In this document: in pieces, positions 17,623-25,402 of the stretch
Numbering within the stretch: position 1 is the first letter of the stretch
How the letters are laid out: each line of letters begins with the position of its first letter
Assembly (NCBI GenBank): GCA_964467335.1
Contig: CAYXPX010000001.1
Span: 12,320-49,591, forward strand
Source: Candidatus Woesearchaeota archaeon
Lineage (GTDB): Archaea > Nanobdellota > Nanobdellia > SCGC-AAA011-G17 > GW2011-AR18
Reading direction: 5' to 3'
DNA: 37,272 nucleotides
Program-made: the position numbers and the translations under genes
Notes under the pieces: generated by a model
The model's database searches: none
What the model saw: the letters and a program-made list of their open reading frames with translations, nothing else
Told to the model about the DNA's origin: nothing

Positions 17623-18033
17623 CTAGGGGTGCCCACTTATTTTACTTAATTCGTGTGTATTATGGACTTTTATTTTATCTTGCTCTTTTAGTCTCTTGTC
17701 ATTACTCCAAATGGCACAATTCAGTTTCAATGCAAGTGCAAAATAAGCCATGTCAGCAGGGTCAGGAGTAATCTTTTTTGCTTCTCCAACATAAGAAATA
17801 ATTTCTTCCAGAGGAACAATAACAATTCTTCGCTTTAATGTTTCAAGTAGTCTGAAAAATTCTTCTTCTGTTCGTTCTGTTTTCTCAAGAAGTTCCTCTT
17901 TATGCTTTTCCAATTCTGTGAAAATATATTCTGGAGTAAAGAGGTGAAATGAACCGCTAAAGAGAAGATTGTAAGCAAAGCTATCTTTAATCAAAACTGA
18001 AAATAGAACATTGGCATCAATGACGAGAACCAT
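17623..18033 (-). CDS. PIN-domain toxin (VapC-like)
   Basis: MVLVIDANVLF, FTELEKH, DPADMAYFALAL and IWSNDKRL supply the four acidic PIN residues. The start lies 2 nt after the upstream antitoxin stop. Confidence 0.75.
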   Translation of the reverse strand: MVLVIDANVLFSVLIKDSFAYNLLFSGSFHLFTPEYIFTELEKHKEELLEKTERTEEEFFRLLETLKRRIVIVPLEEIISYVGEAKKITPDPADMAYFALALKLNCAIWSNDKRLKEQDKIKVHNTHELSKISGHP

Positions 18034-18035
18034 AT

Positions 18036-18266
18036 TTACCTCGCCAGTTTACGCAACCTATCACTTACAGATTTACTAACCTCTTTTCCTAATCTCAAAG
18101 CGTCAGCTTCACTAAGCTTGCTTTTCTCTTTGAATTTTCTCAGAAACTCCATATCATCTATTTTCTGTATGAATGCTTGCCGAGCTACTTCAGACCAATT
18201 CATCTCTGGAAAAGAATCCATCTTCTTCTTCATCTCATCTGGAACAGCTAAAGTTAGGGTTGTCAT
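18036..18266 (-). CDS. RHH-type antitoxin (VapB-like)
   Basis: 76 aa. LTLAVPDEMKKKMDSFPEMNWSEVARQAF is the common archaeal antitoxin N-terminus. GGAGGT lies 6 nt upstream of the ATG. Confidence 0.6.
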   Translation of the reverse strand: MTTLTLAVPDEMKKKMDSFPEMNWSEVARQAFIQKIDDMEFLRKFKEKSKLSEADALRLGKEVSKSVSDRLRKLAR

Positions 18267-18280
18267 TTGAATACCTCCTG

Positions 18281-18310
18281 TATTATGTGTATATAATTAT
18301 ATTATGTGTA
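18281..18310. promoter_or_regulatory. two direct TATTATGTGTA repeats in the vapB-like promoter region (putative operator)
   Basis: 11-mers at 18281-18291 and 18300-18310 flank an AT-rich TATA-like stretch, 15-45 nt upstream of the antitoxin ATG. Confidence 0.4.
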
Positions 18311-18438
18311 AGTATTTAAATGTTTTTGTTGGTTAAATAGTTACTTACAAATAGTAACATAATATAAAGATTTATAGAGATGTAGTTTATTTATATTTAA
18401 GAAGAATAAAATGTTTAGAAGTAAAAAAGTTCCATCAT

Positions 18439-18448
18439 CTTTATATAT
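18439..18448 (+). promoter_or_regulatory. TATA box (CTTTATATAT) for the 243-aa ORF
   Basis: 23 nt separate it from ATG 18472. Confidence 0.45.
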
Positions 18449-18471
18449 GGGTATTCCTCTTTTATGATTTA

Positions 18472-19203
18472 ATGTTAGCATTACTTAAAAGAAAAATAGA
18501 TCCAGAACAAGCGAGAGTTGAAATTTCTGATGTAATTGAAAGGATTGAAGTAACTGCTTTTCCGATAATGCGAAGTTTTTATGTTGGGAAAAAAGTTGAT
18601 CCTGCTTTGGAAAAAGTTAATCCTGAACATAGAATCAGATTTTTATCTGATTCAAGGAGGGAATTAGGCTATCCAGTTAGTGAAGATGAATTATTCGTTC
18701 CAAATTATGCACGTCAGGAATTTCATTTTGATGTTGGATGTTCCGCTTTTTATCTTGCAGAAGGAACTCTTGTTCTTCCGGGATTGTCCGATAGGACTTA
18801 TGGATTAAAATTTGGGTTACCAACGCATCAATCACGTGAGCATTGGTGGTTTTTGAGATTGAGAGAGAAAAGTAATTCATATCATGGTTGCTCGGGAAAA
18901 AGAGTTGTTAAAGAATTATTAGAAGGTTCTGGAATCTCTGTTACAGGAGATGTTTTTCAAGTTGCTGGGATGGTAGCAGAGAATATCATGTTACATATTT
19001 TGGGACCTAAAGATGATGATGGACAATTGTTGGGGAGACAAAGAGCCCAAAATTTAATTGAAAAGGGATATGGAGCAGCAAGAGAAACCTATAAAGGATT
19101 AATGGAAAAAAGATTAAAACAAGGAATTTCAGAGAGATTACTTCCAGAAACCTTTGTGTATGAATTGGTAGGAAATACAGAGATAAATCCTCTTAACCAT
19201 TAA
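18472..19203 (+). CDS. hypothetical protein (243 aa)
   Basis: CTTTATATAT (18439-18448) lies 23 nt upstream of the ATG. No family recognised. Confidence 0.45.
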   Translation: MLALLKRKIDPEQARVEISDVIERIEVTAFPIMRSFYVGKKVDPALEKVNPEHRIRFLSDSRRELGYPVSEDELFVPNYARQEFHFDVGCSAFYLAEGTLVLPGLSDRTYGLKFGLPTHQSREHWWFLRLREKSNSYHGCSGKRVVKELLEGSGISVTGDVFQVAGMVAENIMLHILGPKDDDGQLLGRQRAQNLIEKGYGAARETYKGLMEKRLKQGISERLLPETFVYELVGNTEINPLNH

Positions 19204-19237
19204 TTCTATTCCATAAGCTTCTTTTTGTTGCCGCTAA

Positions 19238-19840
19238 TTACCTGCTTGAGGCAGCCTGTCTCTCAAGTTCAAGTTTTTTTGCTATTGCTTGGCTTCCTGC
19301 CTGGTCACCTCTGTAAGCAGCTAGAATTTCATCAGCAAGAGCCTGTGCAAGAGTCTTCTTCTTGCCAAAACTTTTGCTGTATGTCCCCTGAGTAAACTGC
19401 CTTAATGCAATGTCAACTCTTCTTTGCGGTGCGCAGTCAACAGCCTGCGGATATCTTGCTCCGCCGTATTCAATGGTTGTAATCTCCTCCCTTGGAGCTG
19501 CATTTTCCAGGGCTTTTACAAAAACTGCAACAGGATTTTGTTTTATATTTTGTTCAATGATTTCAAAGCACTTTCTTACAGCATTATAGACGTTCATGCT
19601 CTTGCCTGTCATATGGCTGCTCGTCCTGAAATGCTTTTTTCCCTTGTGTCCGGGCACCATAAGTTTGTTCATAAGCCTCTCAACAATATTTAGTTTGCTC
19701 TTTGCAAACCTCTGATTTGCATTCCTTCCAAAGCTTCTTGGAACTAGGACAGGATTAAGACCGATATATTTTCTAAGTCCAGGATCCTCTACAAAAACAT
19801 CTTTTATATCCCACATTCCAAATATTTTGAATTCAGCCAT
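19238..19840 (-). CDS. rps7: 30S ribosomal protein S7 (uS7)
   Basis: LVPRSFGRNANQRFAKSKLNIVERLMNKLM, and ENAAPREEITTIEYGGARYPQAVDCAPQRRVDIALR. The start is placed at ATG 19840 (MAEFKIF); the ORF track starts at TTG 19852. Confidence 0.92.
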   Translation of the reverse strand: MAEFKIFGMWDIKDVFVEDPGLRKYIGLNPVLVPRSFGRNANQRFAKSKLNIVERLMNKLMVPGHKGKKHFRTSSHMTGKSMNVYNAVRKCFEIIEQNIKQNPVAVFVKALENAAPREEITTIEYGGARYPQAVDCAPQRRVDIALRQFTQGTYSKSFGKKKTLAQALADEILAAYRGDQAGSQAIAKKLELERQAASSR

Positions 19841-19863
19841 AATCCAGGGCAAATGTCTAAAAT

Positions 19864-20631
19864 TTATAAGCTTTCTGTTTCAAAATCCAGCTTTATCTCA
19901 GTGCTGTAATATGTAGCGCCGCCTGTAAATCTTATCGTGCATATGAATAATCTTGTTTTTTCAGGAACACCGTTGATTTCAAGGTAATATAATGCAGTAT
20001 TATTGGGAAAGTAATTTCCCTTAAGCACAACCTTGTTTTCATCACCCTCGAAATAGTCCTTCATGGAAATATTGTTGTAAACATCCTTTTCATTTTTCTC
20101 ATCATAATAAATAACATTAGAATCTATCCGCCTGCATGTAAAGGAAGAAGACAAACTGCTTAATGGGAGCTCGCCGATGTTTTCCATCTGTGATTTTAGT
20201 ATGCTGCTTCCTGTTACAATAAAATTATCCTCGTTTAAAGTGCATCTTCCCTCGCAGCTGAATTCAGACAGCGTTAGAACGCCAGCGCAGGTTCTTGGGC
20301 AGTCTAAAGGACAGACCGTCATATGGGTTTCATCATTGCATCTCTCTGAAAAATCGCAAAAGCCGTCGCCGCAGCATGTTTCAAGTCTTTTATACTCGCA
20401 TTTTCCAGTTGCCTCATTAAAAACATCATCTGTGCAATCATTGTTGTCATCACACGAGGGAATCTCAAAAGCCTCTTCGTCGTCAGCATTCTCTTTAAGT
20501 GAATCATCAGAAACATTTTCAGTGGCATTGCCAACATCAGCATCTGATATGCTGATTTCTTCAGAAGGACTTGCACAGGCTGTAAAAAAAATTGCAAGGC
20601 ATAAAAATAAATAAAATAAAACTTTTGGCAT
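19864..20631 (-). CDS. Cys-rich secreted lipoprotein-like protein
   Basis: Signal peptide with a lipobox-like FTAC, then an acidic linker. A Cys module follows (CDDNNDCTDD...CEY...CCGDGFCDFSERCNDETHMTVCPLDCPRTC), then a beta-rich C-terminal domain. The ATG shares one base with the rps12 stop (TAATG). Confidence 0.6.
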   Translation of the reverse strand: MPKVLFYLFLCLAIFFTACASPSEEISISDADVGNATENVSDDSLKENADDEEAFEIPSCDDNNDCTDDVFNEATGKCEYKRLETCCGDGFCDFSERCNDETHMTVCPLDCPRTCAGVLTLSEFSCEGRCTLNEDNFIVTGSSILKSQMENIGELPLSSLSSSFTCRRIDSNVIYYDEKNEKDVYNNISMKDYFEGDENKVVLKGNYFPNNTALYYLEINGVPEKTRLFICTIRFTGGATYYSTEIKLDFETESL

Positions 20632-21068
20632 TATCTCCTGCCCTTCTCAATCTTGCCGCTAAGCAGGGCATTCAGGCTCTGGTCATTTACCTTTATAACC
20701 TGCCACCTTACACAGGGAATATCACCTTTTGCCCTTCCCATCTTGCCGCCGATGCACTCAATAATAACCTCGTCATGCTCATTAATAAATCTCTGTGCAT
20801 TGTCTCCTGGAATAAATGCAGTAATCTGTTTTCCGTTTTTCAATAGCTGAACAACACACGCCTTTCTCATGGCACTGTTTGGCTGCTTTGCCTCAAGCTG
20901 CCTTTTCTCAAGAACTATTCCCTTTGCCTGATGTGCTCCCTCAAGAGGGTCAGCCTTCGCCTTAAGATTCAGTGCTCTTTTAACAAACCATTTATTGCTC
21001 CATCTGGCCTTTTTCCTTCTGTTTTTAAGTCTCTTTCCTGTCATTAAGCCATTGGACTTGTTTCCCAT
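20631..21068 (-). CDS. rps12: 30S ribosomal protein S12 (uS12)
   Basis: [46 protein letters not shown] and [22 protein letters not shown]. Confidence 0.93.
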   Translation of the reverse strand: MGNKSNGLMTGKRLKNRRKKARWSNKWFVKRALNLKAKADPLEGAHQAKGIVLEKRQLEAKQPNSAMRKACVVQLLKNGKQITAFIPGDNAQRFINEHDEVIIECIGGKMGRAKGDIPCVRWQVIKVNDQSLNALLSGKIEKGRR

Positions 21069-21086
21069 ATATATTAAAAGAAAATA

Positions 21087-21106
21087 GGTGTTTAATAAAT
21101 CTTGTT
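21087..21106 (-). promoter_or_regulatory. BRE/TATA-like promoter element upstream of rps12 (identical 20-mer)
   Basis: Same 20 nt as at 3423-3442, lying 18 nt upstream of the rps12 ATG. Confidence 0.5.
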
Positions 21107-21108
21107 GT

Positions 21109-23565
21109 TTAATCTCTGTATCTAAGTCTTACAGCAACTGTATATCCTGTACCGCCGCCACCGCCGTCTCCGCCTCCATCACCACTATGACCTCCTCCGC
21201 TATCTCCGCCAGAATATCCTCCCTCTCCTCCGCTATAACCTCCGCCTCCAAATCCTTCACCAGAATATCCTCCGCTCCCTTCGCCCCCGCCACTAAAGCG
21301 GTAACTTCCCTCAGAACCTCCTCCGCTAAAGTAAGATTCATATCCTTCAGGAGGGCTAAAACCTTCAGGTACTGAAAATCCCTCTCCATATGGTCCGCCA
21401 ACATATCCCCCGCTAGTGTAGGCTTCATAAGCTCCGCTGTCTATCTCTCCCCCATGCTCAAAGTAAGCCTCATAACGCCCCTCCCTATCCTCTTCACTTA
21501 AAGAAAATACCTCGCCAAATATTCTCTGTCTGTCCTCTTCAGAATATGAACTTCTGAATTCTTCTCTATGGCTGTCAAATCTCCCAAGCATCCCGCTCAC
21601 AGAACTTTCATAGGTTCCAGCGCGCTCTGGATGTGCAGTCAAATAATCTTTTTCAGGACCGTCAGGCAATGAATCAACTCCCCCGGCAAGATAAGCCTCG
21701 TAAGCCTCTCTAACACTCTCAACATGTGCAGCAACATCAGGAACAACAAAGAACTCAGGCCTCCTGTTGAGTACATCAGGATTATTCTCGACAAAATAAG
21801 CAGCCTCCTTTCCAAATCCAAACTCAGCATGCTCAATCAAAAACTTCTCATATTTTTTAGTCATCTCAGGATTAATATTCTCAAGTCTCTTTGCCTCTAC
21901 GCTGAGGTCATCTGCCAGATTTGGGTTATCATCAAGATAAGAAGCATAATCTTTTTGATAAGTTACTAAATAAGTTTCACGGAAGTTCTTAAAATCTTCA
22001 GGATTTTCAGAATCTCTCATTGCATCTATAAATTCATGAGGAATATTCTCAACAGGAGAAAATGTTAATCCTGTGTCTATGAATCTCTCAAAATTATAAT
22101 AGTCAATAGCATCAGGAACATCATTGCCGTTTGCATCATCATCATCCTCGTTCAATTCTCCGTCGCCGTCAATGTCATCGTCATCATAATCATAAATTCC
22201 ATCATCATCAGTATCAATAAAATCACCATAGTTTTCAGCAACTTCATCCCTGTGTTCATAGATATCATCTAAATTGCCTGAAAATGTCAGGCCATCTTCA
22301 ACTCCATCTCCATTTATGTCATCATCCTCTCCATTCAGAATTCCATCGCCATCAAAATCACCGCCGGCAAAATCATCAAACTCCTCAATATCATCTGTGC
22401 CGCTTCCGTCAGCATCGCTATCTTCCCAGTCAACTATGCCATCATCATCAAAGTCATTGTCAGGCAGCGTAACAGCAAAAATCTCAAGTCTCTGCCCGTC
22501 ATATTCCTCCTGGCTTATTAATCCATCGCCGTCGCTGTCAGTAAATCCTAAATCTGTTAATTCAGTCTGTCTTTCTTCACTGTTTATATCAGCCTGAATT
22601 GGGGCAGGAAATATGCTGGGCCTCTGTTCATCATATTCATCAGCATCAATAAGACCATCGCCGTTTGTATCAGTAAATCCTATTTCCCTTAGTTGGTTTT
22701 GACGGTCAACACTATCTATTATTTCTTCTATATCATCGTCAAAAAGTCCATCGCCATTCCAGTCATTCTGGATATCGCTTTCGCTCATAGGCTGACCATT
22801 CCAGTCATACAATCCGTCGCCGTCAAGATCAAAGTCATCCTCATTAACAACTCCATCACCATTAAAGTCAGCATCCTCCATAGTCATTCTGCCGTCTCCA
22901 TTCAGGTCATCATTGTCTCCATCCCCGTCAGGGTCAGTATCAATATCATCAGGAATCCCATCACCATCAAAATCTCCAGGACCAAGGTTTGTCTCAAAAT
23001 CATCTGAAAAGTCTCCTGTATTTTGTTCCAGTTCACTAAGGTGCTGCTCCATAACATCCAAATGGCTAAGCAGTAGGGTATTGCCGCTTTCCTCAGCAGC
23101 GCTTCTCATTTGTTCTAAAATTGCTCCAAGTTCATCAATCTCAACATTAAGCTCAAGCAGGTAATTATCAGCAGTTTCCTCAACACCCTCTGAAAGCTGG
23201 TCATCCAGCTCATCAACATAGAATGAAATTGTGTTGCTTGTATATAATCTTCTGATTCTTAATGCAGCGTCCATCACAGCAGGATCTCTTGATTCAATTG
23301 CAATATTAACCAGGGCATTAACATCATCACTAAGTTTATTATCAGATTCCCTGACACCAGAAAATGATTCCTTGAGGTTATCTCTTTCAATAGCACTCAA
23401 TGCAGGAGCAACATTATCTGCTCTTAATCCTGACAATGAAGAAACACTCTGTGCTTCCTCCTGGGTTTCAGCCTCTTCACTAACCTGCTGCTGCTGACAG
23501 GAAGCCAAAATTAAAATCAAAACTAGAAAAAATACCCAAAATACGCCATATCTTTTTTTAAACAT
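21109..23565 (-). CDS. large hyper-acidic secreted lipoprotein-like protein with DxDxDG calcium-binding-type repeats and a Gly/Ser/Tyr-rich tail
   Basis: The start is placed at ATG 23565 ([23 protein letters not shown], with lipobox-like LASC), with a TATA box 23-24 nt upstream. Many DFDGDG, DPDGDG, NGDG and DIDGDG loops are present. There are two FTD(T/S)(N/D)GDGLI..EEYD units. The C-terminus is made of GGYSGG-type repeats. Confidence 0.65.
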   Translation of the reverse strand: MFKKRYGVFWVFFLVLILILASCQQQQVSEEAETQEEAQSVSSLSGLRADNVAPALSAIERDNLKESFSGVRESDNKLSDDVNALVNIAIESRDPAVMDAALRIRRLYTSNTISFYVDELDDQLSEGVEETADNYLLELNVEIDELGAILEQMRSAAEESGNTLLLSHLDVMEQHLSELEQNTGDFSDDFETNLGPGDFDGDGIPDDIDTDPDGDGDNDDLNGDGRMTMEDADFNGDGVVNEDDFDLDGDGLYDWNGQPMSESDIQNDWNGDGLFDDDIEEIIDSVDRQNQLREIGFTDTNGDGLIDADEYDEQRPSIFPAPIQADINSEERQTELTDLGFTDSDGDGLISQEEYDGQRLEIFAVTLPDNDFDDDGIVDWEDSDADGSGTDDIEEFDDFAGGDFDGDGILNGEDDDINGDGVEDGLTFSGNLDDIYEHRDEVAENYGDFIDTDDDGIYDYDDDDIDGDGELNEDDDDANGNDVPDAIDYYNFERFIDTGLTFSPVENIPHEFIDAMRDSENPEDFKNFRETYLVTYQKDYASYLDDNPNLADDLSVEAKRLENINPEMTKKYEKFLIEHAEFGFGKEAAYFVENNPDVLNRRPEFFVVPDVAAHVESVREAYEAYLAGGVDSLPDGPEKDYLTAHPERAGTYESSVSGMLGRFDSHREEFRSSYSEEDRQRIFGEVFSLSEEDREGRYEAYFEHGGEIDSGAYEAYTSGGYVGGPYGEGFSVPEGFSPPEGYESYFSGGGSEGSYRFSGGGEGSGGYSGEGFGGGGYSGGEGGYSGGDSGGGHSGDGGGDGGGGGTGYTVAVRLRYRD

Positions 23566-23588
23566 AGAGTATTTCAAGAAAGCAAATA

Positions 23589-23597
23589 GTATAAAAA
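23589..23597 (-). promoter_or_regulatory. TATA box (TTTTTATAC) for the acidic lipoprotein-like gene
   Basis: 23-24 nt separate it from ATG 23565. This implies the gene is its own transcription unit inside the superoperon. Confidence 0.4.
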
Positions 23598-23633
23598 CTT
23601 TGTGAAAATACGTTTATAATTATCAAGTAGCAC

Positions 23634-24044
23634 TTAAGCAACAACCACAGTATCAGAAACATCGAAATAATTTTTGATAATTTTATTTATTTTTTTTAAA
23701 TTTTCCCTGTTCCTGCCGAGAATCCTGCCCCTCAAAAAAGAATCGCCGGCACGTATCTTCAAAGTTTTTTCTTCAAGAAAAATTTCATCAGCCTTGATTG
23801 GATATATTAAATTTGCAGCAAACTTGCAGACATCGTCTGAAAATGCCAGAATTTTAACTCTTTTTTTTAGGATATCTGAAATTTTTTTGATATTTGAATT
23901 GTTTTTTCCAATTGCGATTTTCACATTTCCAGTTTCAACAAGAAAAACAAGAACATCACTGTCAAAAAAGCAGTCCTTCAGTTTTGCTCCAGTAAGGCTC
24001 TCAAAAAGATTAATGTATCCTATCGACTCTGTTGTAAGTTTCAT
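23634..24044 (-). CDS. nusA: archaeal NusA-like protein (two KH domains)
   Basis: 136 aa. YINLFESLTGAKLKDC and GRILGRNRENLKKINKIIKNYF. It sits in the conserved position after rpl30e. Confidence 0.8.
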   Translation of the reverse strand: MKLTTESIGYINLFESLTGAKLKDCFFDSDVLVFLVETGNVKIAIGKNNSNIKKISDILKKRVKILAFSDDVCKFAANLIYPIKADEIFLEEKTLKIRAGDSFLRGRILGRNRENLKKINKIIKNYFDVSDTVVVA

Positions 24045-24286
24045 TATTCAATGCCGATTACTGAAATAGAAAATGGTTTTTTGCATAAAACCCCAAAATC
24101 CTTGCTGTTCTCGCCTGCAAATTCTGCCTCAACATTGAACTTTTTGCATAAATCAGAAATATGTTCTTTCATGTGTGAATTTGAGGCAACGTAAACCTTC
24201 TTTATTTTCTGATTTTTTATTTTCTTGACTGTTCTCTCAAGCCCGAATACAAGTTTTTTATTTTTAATGTCATTTTCAAGGCTCAT
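24044..24286 (-). CDS. rpl30e: 50S ribosomal protein L30e (short)
   Basis: 80 aa with an L7Ae/L30e-like layout (KLVFGLERTVKKIKNQKIKKVYVASN...LCKKPFSISVIGI). It sits in the conserved position between rpoA'' and nusA and overlaps both neighbours by a few nt. Confidence 0.7.
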   Translation of the reverse strand: MSLENDIKNKKLVFGLERTVKKIKNQKIKKVYVASNSHMKEHISDLCKKFNVEAEFAGENSKDFGVLCKKPFSISVIGIE

Positions 24287-25401
24287 TTCTGCACCTTCAT
24301 TTTTGCTGTAAGCCCCGGAAGTCCTGTGCCAAGGGGAACAGGCTGGTTTATTATAACATTTTCAACAACGCTTCTCAGGTTGTCAACCTCTCCTATAAGG
24401 CTTGCATTCACAATGTGTTTTATCGGAGTTTCAAAGCTTGCTCTTGCAATCACGCTTTCCTTCTCGCCTGTAATGCCTGTTCTTGTAACTCCCTTTATCT
24501 CTCCGCCTCTTGTCATCACATCAGCAAGAAGCATTATGTGCCTTATGTCAACGTCAATGCCCTGGTCTTTTAATTCTTTGGAAGATTCCTCTATGACTGA
24601 TTCTCTTGCAGCCTCAATTCCAAGAACCTCTCCTATTTCAAAAATATTGTTGGTTGTTATTCTGGAAGTATCAGCCTCCTCAAGAGCAAGGGCGTCCTCT
24701 AAATTGCTGCCTGCACAGTGTATGACATAGCTGCCGTCATCTTCTTTTACAGGCAGAACATGCGTAATTCCCTTTAGGCCCATTATGTGTGTATTCTTTG
24801 CCTTTTCCTTAATTTTGTAAATTTCTGAGATTGGCAGCTCTTTCTCTTTTGGCTTTATAATAAATCCGTTGTCAAGATCCTTGATCTCAACGCCCTTCAT
24901 TGCCTCTTTGAGTGTATCGTAAATAAACTTTTGTTTAAGTTCAAGCTCTCTTGTCTTTTTTCTGTCAAGTATAATCTCTACGCTGCCCTTTGCAACGTTT
25001 ATGGAAATTTCCTGTGCGATGTCGCTGAGTTTTGTCTCTTTTATTTTCATGGCAACAAGCCTTACATCTTCGGTTGTTTTTGAAAATTTTGGTTTTATCG
25101 GTATCTTCATTTTTGGGGTGCTCGGCCTTTTTCTTGCATCAAAAATTTCTATGAGTCTTGGCAGTCCTACAGTGACCTGCATCTCTGCAACGCCTGCAAA
25201 ATGGAATACATTAAGTGTCAGCTGAGTGGCAGGCTCTCCAAAACTTTCAGCAGTGACAATTCCAATGGATTCCCCGGGATCAATCTTTGCATTCTCATAT
25301 TTTTCATCAACTCTCTTTTCAATTTCCTTTTTGTCCCTGTCAGAGATATTGTATTTCTTGGCATACTTTTCAATTTTTTCAGATAGATGGAATGGCAGCA
25401 T
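24283..25401 (-). CDS. rpoA2: DNA-directed RNA polymerase subunit A''
   Basis: Trigger-loop region GESIGIVTAESFGEPATQLTLNVFHFAGVAEMQVTVGLPRLIEIFDARK. The C-terminus ends with INQPVPLGTG. Confidence 0.92.
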   Translation of the reverse strand: MLPFHLSEKIEKYAKKYNISDRDKKEIEKRVDEKYENAKIDPGESIGIVTAESFGEPATQLTLNVFHFAGVAEMQVTVGLPRLIEIFDARKRPSTPKMKIPIKPKFSKTTEDVRLVAMKIKETKLSDIAQEISINVAKGSVEIILDRKKTRELELKQKFIYDTLKEAMKGVEIKDLDNGFIIKPKEKELPISEIYKIKEKAKNTHIMGLKGITHVLPVKEDDGSYVIHCAGSNLEDALALEEADTSRITTNNIFEIGEVLGIEAARESVIEESSKELKDQGIDVDIRHIMLLADVMTRGGEIKGVTRTGITGEKESVIARASFETPIKHIVNASLIGEVDNLRSVVENVIINQPVPLGTGLPGLTAKMKVQK

Positions 25402-25402
25402 C

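Noticed and set aside
21129-21428. GC-rich short tandem repeats (tccgcc/accgcc), considered as a possible CRISPR-like or satellite array.
   Set aside because: The repeats are irregular 6-18-nt units with no spacers, and they translate in frame into the GGYSGG tail of the 818-aa protein. This is a coding low-complexity region, not an array.
22274-23164. DFDGDG strings, considered as a possible relocated RNA polymerase catalytic loop.
   Set aside because: They sit in the minus-strand acidic repeat protein as part of many DxDxDG calcium-loop repeats. They lack the NADFDGDEMN flanks and the surrounding barrel sequence, so they are unrelated to RpoA'.
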